Of a stretch of DNA of 64,000 bases, positions 40,062 to 51,759 are shown piece by piece; positions within the stretch are counted from its first letter, which is position 1; each line of letters starts with the position of its first letter. Below the pieces are notes generated by a model, which made no database searches, was not told where the DNA came from, and saw only the letters and a list, made by a program, of their open reading frames with translations. The position numbers and the translations under genes were made by a program. Where the stretch lies: assembly GCF_009914755.1 (NCBI RefSeq), contig NC_060942.1. The stretch is one strand, 5' to 3'. The DNA comes from the human T2T-CHM13v2.0 reference genome, Homo sapiens.

Positions 40062-40666
40062 TGCTACCGGGGGAAGGTTTTGACTACCAGTTGTCCAAGT
40101 TCTTTGCGTTTTGAACAAAGAATTGGACAAAAAGTACAAACAAAGCAACTAAAGAACGAAGGAATGAAAGCACAGATCTATTGATGTGAAAGTACACTCC
40201 ACAATGTGGGCGCAGGCTCAGCTCAAGAGCCCTGGTTATGGAATTTTCTGGGGTATTTAAACCGTAGAGGATTCCCATTAGTTACTTGGTTTACGCCCTA
40301 TGTAAGTGAAGGCGTGGCCTGCAACCAATCAGAGACTTACGTTACAAAGTTACACCTTATGCAAACGTCTGATTGGTTGTGAGAGGGGACCAATCAGAGG
40401 CTGAAGTGGTTACAAAGTTATTGCCCTATGCAGATGAAAACTAGGCCCACCACCAGTCTGATTGGTTGTGGGAGGGGACCAATCAGAAGTAGTTTCCATT
40501 TTTCATCTGTGATGCAGAAAGGGAGGGGAGTTTGCAAAGGCAGTAACCCCTGGTCCTATTGTTACTTGAGCATGGAAACTTGGGGTTTTCCTTCTGATTT
40601 AGTTCTAGGAAGTCAGCATGAATCAGCCTTAGGTTCCCTGCCTCCAGACCCTATTCTCCTGCCTCA
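40062..40666 (-). mobile_element. MER51-family ERV1 solo LTR
   Basis: GTTTTGAACAAAGAATTGGACAAAA; repeated CTGATTGGTTG..GAGGGGACCAATCAGA; terminus CCAGACCCTATTCTCCTGCCTCA. Confidence 0.85.
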
Positions 40667-40679
40667 AGAGAATTTAACA

Positions 40680-40830
40680 TAAAGCCTTGCAGAGTTGTAA
40701 GGGTGTTTTTATGCACATATTTTAATCGGTGAAACAACTCTGTGAGGTGGGGAAGGTATTATCATGCTTCATAACTGAGAACACTGAGGTTAACAGAGGT
40801 TTGTGAATGTCCAAGGTCACACTGCTAGGA
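40680..40830 (-). mobile_element. MIR
   Basis: AACAACTCTGTGAGGTGGG...GAGAACACTGAGG...TCCAAGGTCACAC. Confidence 0.7.
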
Positions 40831-41843
40831 AAAGGCAAGTCTCTTTTTGCCAGGTGGGAAGAGAGGCAGCGCATAAGTAGATATCCTTTTTTAGCCACTA
40901 ATTCTCTCTATACACTAGAATTCGAGTAGGATATTGGGAGTGGTTGTGTCAGGGAATGAATTAGAGGACAACCAGCAAGCCAGTTAGAAGAGTCCTGCAA
41001 TAGTAAATGGAGAGAAAGAGGGACTAATTGATCTTGAAATCGGGAGAAATCTTATAAGCATGAGAACTGTATAAAATATAAAATTAGTGGCTTTATGAGA
41101 AAGTGCAAACTGAGACAGTGTAGTCAAAAGCTGGGTAAATATATTTCTGCAATGTTGACTTTGGTTGGCAATTTGAATAAAAAGCAATTTCTGTGGTCTC
41201 TTCTCACTCAAAAGAAGTTGATGATTTTATGATCATTGGGAGCTTTCCTTTTAAAATTGCACTCTCCTGTCACATTAAGTTAGATTTTTGTTAGTTGCTG
41301 AACCATGAAATCTATTTACTTTATGTAAGAAGGTGGCTTACTCCATGCAATTCTAGCCACAAAACAATAACAGTTAAGTTTAATCCCACTTTAGCAATGC
41401 AAATTTTACCAACCAGAAAAAATAACGGGCAAAACACAATTTAGTTAAAGGGAAAAAAAGTAGCATTTGCTGTAAAAAAACAAGGTAATTGGGGATGGGA
41501 AGACTTTTAATTCTAGCCACCCAAAAGTACTATTTGGCTGCCCAAGTTTTTCCCTTTAGAGAAAGAGATGTCATCTTTACACAGGTAAATTAAATAAGTT
41601 CTAGCTAGATGAAAGCTAGATAATGAAAGAGGGAATTTGAATGTAAACTTTCTGGATTTAGTTATCTGTACAAAGGATATGCTTACTGATCCTCATTACT
41701 GACTCCACTTGCAAGTAGAGTAGCAGTAACGCAAAGCAGTCAACAGAACCTAGCATTGGCATTAGGCTTGGCTATGCTCCCTAGGAGCTTTCTGGGTCTC
41801 GGCAAATCCCTTCCCTCAATCATGTATCTAAAAGTATCTAACA

Positions 41844-42147
<304 letters not shown>

Positions 42148-42699
42148 AAAAGTATCTAACAGGCACTCAACAGACATTTATTGTCCAACTCTCCTGCAGC
42201 AGGTGCTATCATACACTCTGGGGGTATGGAGATGAACGTGAGTTTTGTCAAAGAATTTAGAGTTGAGTAAGATCATACAAATCTGTAATCAAGTTTGGGC
42301 CTTAAAGTATTTGAGGTGTTGTGATAGATACTTTGAGGTGGTAGAAGGAAAGAAGAAAAAAAGAACAGTCAACTTTACAGAGAGGAGAAAGGGAGGCGAG
42401 TCAGGAAAGGCTCCAAAGAAAAGTTATTCTTGATCAGAGTCTTCCCAAAAGGGTCGATATTTATCAGGTGCATATTCACGGTAGTGGTTACAATGCTGTG
42501 CGTATTCGTGTGGGTGTGTTGCAGGGGGTGGGAGAACAGAGGTACTATGCCAGCCATAGAAAATACCATAAAAAGCACAGAACTAAAATAGTAGGCAGTT
42601 CACTATTGTTACTACATCCAACTGGAGGCTAAAATCAGCAGAAAAACCAGGGATTGAAAAGGTTTTTTTATAAGCATAAGGCCAAACCAGAAACCATAA

Positions 42700-43203
42700 A
42701 TGATAAACAAACAGAAAACCAAAAAAGAATATGTCAAAATTACAATAAGAGTTGAAAAACAATGGCAAGATATAAACATGACGTTGGTATAAGGGATATG
42801 GCATACGAGACGTATTGGCATTTGGGACAGCAAAAGGTTTATAGTTGATAGAAATTGATAAAAGATGAACAAACCAATTAAGAATGAACAAAACAAAATG
42901 TACAAAATTAATAATATGTCCATTATAAGTCTGCGAAAAATTCAGTCTCACTACTAAGGAAGAAATAAAAATTAAAGTAATAACATATATTATTCATATA
43001 TTAGATTGGCAAAGGTGATTCATTGTTAAAACTGTGTATCAGCCAAAGTGTAGAAAAATCATATACTCAAAAGCAGAGGTAGGTATATCACTGTCAAATA
43101 AGAATATTTCTGGGGTTAATTTGACAACATCTAGGAAAACGCTCTAACCTAGACTAGCAATTCCTTCTAGAATTTAAGCTCAATTGGCAAATGAAACCAT
43201 TAT

Positions 43204-43238
<35 letters not shown>

Positions 43239-43500
43239 CATTGTATTTTGTAGAAGCCAAAAAATAAAAACAACCCAAATGTCCAGCAATAGGTTATTTA
43301 AATAAATTATAATATTATGATATATCTACTACATGGAAACTATAAAATAATTTAAAAAATGGTAACTTAGGGTTTTGTTTTTTGATAAAGAAACTAGTTA
43401 TTATAAAATATTAGGCAAGAAAAGGTGGTTACTGACAGTATTCCATTTTTCTAAGTTATAAAGAGAAAAATGATGCTGAAAAGAGAATGATACATGTGAC
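42700..43500 (+). mobile_element. L1ME fragment with (CA)n at 43203-43240
   Basis: ATTCAGTCTCACTA, ATTAGATTGGCAAA and ACAACCCAAATGTCCAGCAATAGG motifs. Confidence 0.55.
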
Positions 43501-43834
43501 TACAGTTAATTTTTTTATTTATTTCCCTCTTTTGCAGTTTCTATAATTCTTTTTTTCCAAGTAGATTAAAATATTTGGAAAACTTCCTATGTGGAAGGCA
43601 GTAAGCAGTAATATGCTATCTGCAAATTTGGGTATCTTACAGATAATGTGATGTTGAGAAATAGCAACCTTTTGGTCTTCTTATCTCTATCACAGAATTC
43701 ACAAATCTTGAAAATAAAATCAACACATTTTTCTTTCTGAAGATAGTGAGGGATATAAAATTAATATCGATGAGAGACAACGACTTTAGTTATTTCTGTT
43801 AAAGCTTTATGCAGGTTAAAGTTTAACTGGTTCT

Positions 43835-44553
43835 TTGATTATCGCCATTCTTACAGGAGTAAGATGGTATCGCATTGTGGTTTTGATTTGGATTTCCCTG
43901 ATCATTAGTGATGTTGATAATTTTTTCACGTTTGTTGGCGATTTGTATATCTTCTTTTGGGAATTCTCTATTCATGTTCTTAGCCCAGTTTTTGATGGGA
44001 TTGATTTTTTTTTCTTACTGATTTGTTTGACCCTCTACTGGGTATCTACCCAGAGGAAAAAAGAAGTCCTTATTTGAAAAAAGATACTTGCACACGCAAG
44101 TTTGTAGCAGCACAATTCACAATAGCAAAATTGTGGAACCAAACCAATGACCGTCAGTCAACGAGTGGATAAAAAAATCTCTGGTATATATATAGGATGG
44201 AATACTACTCAGCCATAAAAAGGAATGAATTAACAGCATTTGCAATAACCTGGAAGAGATCGGAGACTATTATTCTAAGTGAAGTAACTCAGGAATGGAA
44301 AACCAAACATGGTATGTTCTCACTGATATGTGGGAGGTATGCTATGAGGACACAAAGGCATAAGAATGATACAATAGACTTCGGGTACTTGGGAAGAGTG
44401 GGAGAGGGGCAAAGGATAAAAGACAACAAATATGGTGCAGTGTATACTGCTTGGGTGATGGGTGCACCAGGTTCTCACAAATCTTCACTAAAGAACTCAC
44501 TCATGTAACCAAGTACCACATGTACCCCAATAACTTATGGAAAAATAAAAAAA
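43835..44553 (+). mobile_element. L1PB 3' end with 5' inversion (43835-44030 antisense; 44031-44553 sense)
   Basis: Antisense L1 ORF2 CGCATTGTGGTTTTGATTTG.. joined to sense CTACTGGGTATCTACCCAGAGG...ATGTAACCAAGTACCACATGTACCCCAATAACTTATGG plus A tail. Confidence 0.9.
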
Positions 44554-44769
44554 TTGGTAGAAAAATTCAATAAGTCTAGCTAGATTTTCAATATTAAAAT
44601 AGTCAAAACAATCAAATAAAGTTAGCTTCCATTTTTAAAGTAGATTCTAAATAATTCCAAATAATATAGCATTCTGAGAATTATCAGAAGCATACATACA
44701 GGTACATACATATAAAGTATATATGCATATATTAAGTATCCCATTTCCAAACATTAAAATGGAATATGA

Positions 44770-45079
44770 AAGTATAAAACTATATATAACAGAACTCTCA
44801 TACATTGCTGATGGAAGTATAAATTGCTTAAAACATTTTGGAAAACTGTTTGCTATAAATGGAATTACATATACAGTATCTGCTGATCCAGCAATTTTAT
44901 TTTCAGACATACAATTCCCCCCAAATATATATATATATATATAATCAAAAGATGGAATCAAGAACATTCATAGCAACAAAAGCAATCAAAAAAGTTTAAG
45001 ATAGTGACACAATGAGAACAAACTATTGCTATGCACGACAACATCGATGGATCTCACAATTATAACCAACAAAAGATGC
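44770..45079 (+). mobile_element. L1ME fragment, left of the ERVL insertion
   Basis: AGAACTCTCATACATTGCTGATGGAAGTATAAATTG...CAACATCGATGGATCTCACAA. Confidence 0.65.
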
Positions 45080-47845
45080 TGTCCCATGTGACATGGTGTA
45101 CCACAGAGAATCCCCACTTCAACCTGAGGTAATCGTTTTCCCAGCTCCAGGAGTTTTGCCTGCTGAAGGCTCATGCCTGACTTCCTCTGGCAAAAGCAGC
45201 AACCCCCCAATAAGTGGGTGATATGGGCCTGCCCTTTTGCCTCAATATGGGACATCTCTGGAGAACAGTCCTTACTCCAGAGCACCTCACGGGTTTGGCT
45301 GAGGCCTTTGGTGCAACTGCATCTTAGTTCAAATTCTCCCTCTGACCAACCTACTTCTCTCAGCCCCTTGGAGATGGTGTTGCCAAGAGGGCTCTCCAAC
45401 AAATTTTTTTTTCATGCAACTCTCTGAGTTTCACAGTCTGTTTCCTGGAGAACTCAAGAAAAGAGGGTTGGTACAAGGAATAGTCCAAACATCACCCACC
45501 ACACAGCTAACAATGGAGACCCATCATCAGTAGAGAACTGATAGCCCCTGGGATGAGATAATGGTACAGTTATTAAAACTTTTAATGGCAGAAAATACAC
45601 TGGAGGATACAACATCATGGCTGTTTGCAAGGTTTGGGTGGACTCATAATTACAGTAATGGGATCAGATGGCTCTTGCTTAGGGTATAGCGGGCAGAGAA
45701 AGTCAATGAAAAACTGAAAGCAGCAATTTAGAGCAAAGTGAATAGATCAGAGCGAGTCAATTTCTATTTTCCATTGCTGCATAACAAATCACCCCCAAAA
45801 CTTTGTCTTAAAATAATGCCATTTTATTATCTTTCATAATCTGGAGGTTGATGGGCTCAGCGAGGCAGCTTTTCTTCTCCACGTGAGATTGGCTGGAGTC
45901 ATCTGAAGGCTCCACATTCTGCAACAACCAATATGGTTCACTCATGCAACTGGCATTGGATTGTGGCCATAGGCTAGGATATCAGCTTAGGATTTTGACT
46001 AGAGCACCCAGTCCTCCTTCATGTGACCTCTTCATGTTGCTCGGGCACCTAACAGCATGATGGCTGGGTTCCAAGAGGAGAAAGAGAAATCTGCCAGTCC
46101 TTTAATGGGCTTGGAAGTCCGAGAACATAACCATCACTTCTGCCACATTTGATTGATCACAGCCTGTCAAAAGTCCAGCTCAGGTTCAAGGGGAGCAAAA
46201 AATAAGCTCAATTTCTGGATGCGACATGCTTATATAGGGAGAATGTCAGGGGAGTTAAAGCAGGGAAGGACGTCCTTATCTTGTAAGACTAACTACTACA
46301 GTCTCCTTAGTATCGTGTAAAGATACTCATTTCCTATAGTCAGATGCAGAATAGGCTGATGATAAGGCTCAGGGCTTAATGATGAGGGAAACTGGACATC
46401 TCAGCCAGCCCCAGCAAGTCAGCTGTGCCAAGGCCTGGTCCTGTGTTAGTGAAGAGGGGGACTGTGAGATTTGCAATATCTCAATGGATGCACTTGAAAA
46501 TCGCTTATCACTAGATTCCCCACAACCTCCTGGGCCTAAACAAGTACCCCACTCCACTCTGTTAAGGCTATCATCTCTGCCTGGCATAAACATGATGCAG
46601 AGGGCTCTGCCTTGCAAGATAGCAAGTGCCCTCATCAAGATATAGTCAGCTTCTCCTCCAGGCTGCCAGACAAATAACTAGGTCAGGTAACAACATAATC
46701 CAGCTGGATAAGTGCTGGCTCTGCTAACAGAGAAGGGTGTTTACACTGAAGGAGCTGTGGCACCTGCCCAACATGCATGGCTAGAGCTGAGAGGATGGGT
46801 TCAGGGTCTAGGACCAAGTATGGAGAAACATAAAGTTTAATAAGGAACAGCTTATTGACATGAGAACAACCACCTGTTATATAGGATTTAACTCTTAAAA
46901 AGGACACCAGAAGACAGAATTCATGTTGCTAAGGTGGCTCTCTGAAATTTGGAGGTGGCAATGGTCCAAAGCAAGGCCAACAACAGAAAAAGAAAAAGAA
47001 AAACATACAGAGAAGTGAACACGATAGAGTATAGATTCCAGGATACACAAAGGCCAGCAAACCCACCAGGTCCCCACACTCTGTCCTGGATAATACATGA
47101 TTTGCCAAAGTCCTAAGAAATGTGCTGCCTAGACATGCACAGGCAATGCTGCGATGCTCAGTGGTGCTGCCTTTTTAGGTGATGGCAGATCGGAGGGGAC
47201 GCTATTACAGAGCGCCAAGCCCATGATATTCACAAGGAGGCAGGGAAGGACATGTCTGGCATCAGGGAATTCACTGGGGCGTTTTTGATACTCCCTGCCC
47301 AACTGTGATGGAGTATGGAGAAGTGCCACAGCCTGAGACAGGCATGGTGTTCAGATGGAGATCTGGATCACTTTACCTCGTTATCCATCTAGACAAACAG
47401 AGATGCTAACAGAGGATGTGGGGAATCTAGTATTGGTAGGAGAGAAAGGACATGAGGAGGAGCAGTGCAGCCCAGAGACCAGCTGCTGCAGCTAGGGATT
47501 CATTCCACTCCCTGGAGGAACTCTTCCCCATGAGATTAAATGAAGCAAGTGGATCCCAACAGCCCGGCAGGTGGACTATAGCACATGCAAGTGCACCTCC
47601 TCCATCCCCTCTCCAAGAGAGAGATGGTCAAGGCCTGGCCCCCTTGCTCATTTGTGCCATGAAGCTCCGAAGTCCTGTGTGGGCCTGGATAAGGACTCTG
47701 GGGCAACTACATCTCCATTCAATTCCTCCTTCTGACAGAACCTCCCTCCCCTACTCCCTTACGGGCTATTCTGCCACGAGGGCTCCCCAGTCAACTTCTT
47801 GTTTGTCAATCTCCATCTCAGGATTGAATTCTAGGAAAGTTAATC
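45080..47845 (+). mobile_element. HERV16/ERV3-16A3-like ERVL proviral remnant: LTR16 (~45080-45466), internal sequence, LTR16-like (~47577-47845)
   Basis: LTR16-type 3' ends on both LTRs (GAGGGCTC...TCTC...TTCC/TAGGA); GTTGGTAC after the 5' LTR; GGTGGAC before the 3' LTR. Confidence 0.6.
45750..46300 (-). mobile_element. MLT1 (F/G/H-like) MaLR LTR nested in the ERVL internal sequence
   Basis: ATTGCTGCATAACAAATCACCCCCAAAAC, GGGCTCAGC, CCATCACTTCTGCCACATT. Confidence 0.75.
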
Positions 47846-48135
47846 TGAGTCAGAAACCAAACACAAAAGGACACACACAGTATAATCATTATTTCCATAA
47901 AGCTCAAACATAGGCAGAAATAAAATCTAGTGTTAGGTATTAGGACGGGGTTTCCTTTGTAGGAAGGCAGTGGCTCAAAGGAAAGATAAAAGGGTTTCTG
48001 GAGAAATGATAATGTTCTCTTTCTTATCTGGGGGTTACTGACATGGATATAAATTCTGAAAATTCATCAAGCTGGGCCATCATGATTACAGCATGGCCAC
48101 ACTTTATTTATATACTATATACTTCAAGAAAACGG
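47846..48135 (+). mobile_element. L1ME 3' end, right of the ERVL insertion
   Basis: CCAAACACAAAAGGACACACACAGTATAAT, TAATGTTCTCTTTCTTATCTGGG, AAAATTCATCAAGCTG. Confidence 0.7.
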
Positions 48136-48683
48136 TTTTTGGAAACTGATATTTCACAGTCCTTCTTAACAATTCAGAAATAATTTCACTTTGAGGTGGC
48201 ACGAGGTCATCAAATTAAATATGAATGACCGTCCCTCATCCTTAGGCTCTGAATCCAACAGGCTGCATTCAATGCCAGACTGAGACACTGACTATGTGAA
48301 GCTTGTCAAATCTTCAATTCAGTGAACTTAGTTTCTTCATCTCCAATGTGAATGAAAAGTGATTACTAAATAAGATAATCCATTTAAAGAACATATAACA
48401 TTGCTAAAATAGAATACAAACATTATTCAATAATATGGCAACTATCTGCATCAGGAAAATAAGATAGAGAGAAAAGTAAATTTAAACTATTTATATGAAA
48501 TGTCTTGGAAGTGCTTTGCAAAATAAAGATGAAATTGTTTTGTTTTACACATAACAATCAATAAAAGTTACTTGATAGTTTAGATTTGGTGTACACAGAA
48601 TAATTGTATTTATATGATGCTTAGCATATAAATAAGCAATGTCATTATGACATAATTTGGTCTGTTATAAGAATCATGATAAG

Positions 48684-48978
<295 letters not shown>

Positions 48979-49869
48979 AAGAATCATGATAAGTAATGTA
49001 GTAATATAGAGACTACATTCTCTCTCAGCAAAGTGAGAATAGGTGGCACCTTCATATTGTCAAATGAACATGGTTTATAAAATTTGATATTCTTATATTT
49101 GAATTCTGACTTTGCCAATTACTAGCAGTGTCAATTTGCATAAGTTACTTATCTTCTGAATCTTCAGTCCTTAATTTCTGAAGGAAGATGATGTGCTCAT
49201 TCTACAGGACTTTCAGTGATATTATACAAAACAACATTGTGTTTAAAACATTGGGTCAATTGAAATATACATATATATATATACACACACACACACATAC
49301 ACATATATATATATAATGACTGTTGATATTAGAGGAACAATCTATAATCAATGAGTAGTTTACAAAGTGAATTTAAATCAAATACTGTTTCTCATACTCT
49401 ATAAACCTTAGCACCCAGAGCAAACACTTGTATAATATATTATCAGTTAGTATTTTTGATGGATAACACACAAATTGTATGAAAATGTAATCCACAATTG
49501 AAAAATGAAAAGTATCATGTTCTGGACAACTTTCTTAATTAGTATCTTAAAATCTGAGTCATTGAATTGATTTGGCACATGTGATATGACAATGTTTATA
49601 AAATAAAAGCTACAAAAATATTGTGGTGTTTGTAATATTAAAATTTATTACTTGCCTTATAAAATAAACATTCAAAAAATGAAAAATTGTTAAATCGGTA
49701 AGACTTGCATGCAATGAATCAGGTTACAGATTTGTAAAGTTCATTAGAACATAATTCCTCATACTGAATTGCCTTTTAACAGTAGATTCAGCTCAAGTTT
49801 CTAAAAACAAATATTAACTTTTTTTACTATAATTGGTTCACTTATTTTCTACTGTTAATAAATCAGCTT

Positions 49870-50105
49870 TGTGGAATGTAAATGGTATAGGTTTTGCACT
49901 TCAGCTGATATAGATTCAAAAATTGGCTCTGTCACTTACTAGCTTTATGTCTTGGGCTAAGTTTTTTTACTCTCTGAACCTTAGTGTTTTCATCTGTAAA
50001 ATGGGATTATCATGTGCCTCAGAAAGTCATTGTGAAGAACAGAAACAATGTCAGGGAAGAATCTAACACACTGAAATACAACTGGAATTCAATAAAGACA
50101 GGGTG
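49870..50105 (+). mobile_element. MIR
   Basis: GGCTCTGTCACTTACTAGC...CATCTGTAAAATGGGAT core. Confidence 0.8.
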
Positions 50106-51294
50106 TTTATATCATGATATTTGCATTATTAATTATATTGGTAAGTGCCTGAGAATTGGTTTTAGTTTTTCAGAACTTGTGAGTCCTCTTTCTCTCTCTC
50201 CCTCTCATTTGATCGCTTTGAGGTTTCACAGTAGAATATAAAACTGCAGTCCTATTTATTATGTTTATGCTCTTCAATAAACACATTGCAGTATTTCAAT
50301 TCTGGCACTAGTATCTTGGCAAGCATTCTGGCTAGAATATATTGTATGCTTCAGAACCTAAATGTGTAGTGACATATTAATACATCATGAAATTCAACAA
50401 AGATTCAGTGGCCTTTAAGGAAGAACAAAGAATATGTTCACACTTCATCATACAATATTATCTATCCTGTCATTATTTATTTTCAAGCATCCTGGCAATA
50501 GTGTCCTTTGTGGATCAATTATAATAGTTTCAAATTCCATAGATGAGCTTATACCAAGGTCAGATGATAATAGGTTGCTATTGAGTTATGCCTATATTAG
50601 AAGGGATTATCAAAATTGGCACATTTTATTAATAACAAATTTTACATTTTGAATTCCTTTTATTCATGAAAAATAAAGGAATTACAGGTTGACCTCAACC
50701 ATTTTCTAGTTCAAGTAAGATATGCATCATAAGACATTTTAGAACAACATACACCATGAGCTTTTAAAAAGTATTAAAGATGTTTGGTTAATGAGAGAGT
50801 CAGAAGTCTATGAACTACCTGTGTATATACAAACCTCTAGAACTCTAAATGCCCAAAGGCAAAGCTCATCTAACTTTCTATAAGATCCAATAATCTTAAT
50901 ATTTGTTTACTGCCAAAGAGGCTAAGAGATGTTGTTATCAGTTTTTGGAAGACCAAAATATGAGATGCTATAGGAAATATGCATTAATCAAAAAGTGCTC
51001 TTGGGCTTGCCTGTTTTCCAACCCATCACAGACAGAATGGCATGGGGGAAAGAACACAGGCTCTACAGTCAGAAGACCTGGGTTCAAACACAAGTTCAGA
51101 CACTGACTAGGTTCACTTTCACTCTTTTATTTTTCTCTTTCTTAAGTCCTACAAAATGAAGTATAACAAAACTAAACTGAACTTTCTGTCACTCTGGGGC
51201 TTGATATATATATTCAGTAGTGTGAGGGTCAGAAGTCAGGAGCATAGTGTGTTTATTCCTTATTGCAGTCATTCTATACCCATTGAAGGAAGTC

Positions 51295-51731
51295 AACCCC
51301 GGTCTTGTTCAGGGAGTCTGTAAGATCAAAACTATTTTTGTAATATTACTAAGATGCCATTTCCATTTTTCACTCTCCCTCATGAGTTTGCAGTGGGATT
51401 TTCCAGAGGTTTTATGATGTGTGACTGTGACATGGCAACCCACTGGTTGCAGAGAATCCAGCTGTGTGGTCTCTGAAATCAGGCAGTAAACAGATTTGGA
51501 AAATTATAAAACAATCACTAAAATATTTATCACTAAATATATTTTGTTCTAGAAATAGATTTAATTTTCAAAAAATGTTTTGTTAATATATAATGGGTTT
51601 ATTATTATTTTAAAATGAATTGATAAATATTTTAAAATATTTCGGTTGTATTTCTAATACAGTAAATATGGGGTTTTCAATAATTGTTGAGTGTAAACAG
51701 GTCCTGAGACAGAAACATTTGCTTACTGCTG
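51295..51731. mobile_element. Charlie1-family hAT DNA transposon fragment
   Basis: GATCAAAACTATTTTTGTAATATTACTAAGATG and GAGTGTAAACAGGTCCTGAGACAGAAACATTTG resemble the Charlie1 end. Confidence 0.7.
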
Positions 51732-51759
51732 TCTTTAGTGTAATGATTTAGTAAAAAAT

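Noticed and set aside
44197-44508. ORF MEYYSAIKRNE...
   Set aside because: C-terminal remnant of L1 ORF2, not a gene
47452-47913. Longest ORF (153 aa)
   Set aside because: Runs across ERVL internal, LTR and L1ME sequence; no recognisable domain
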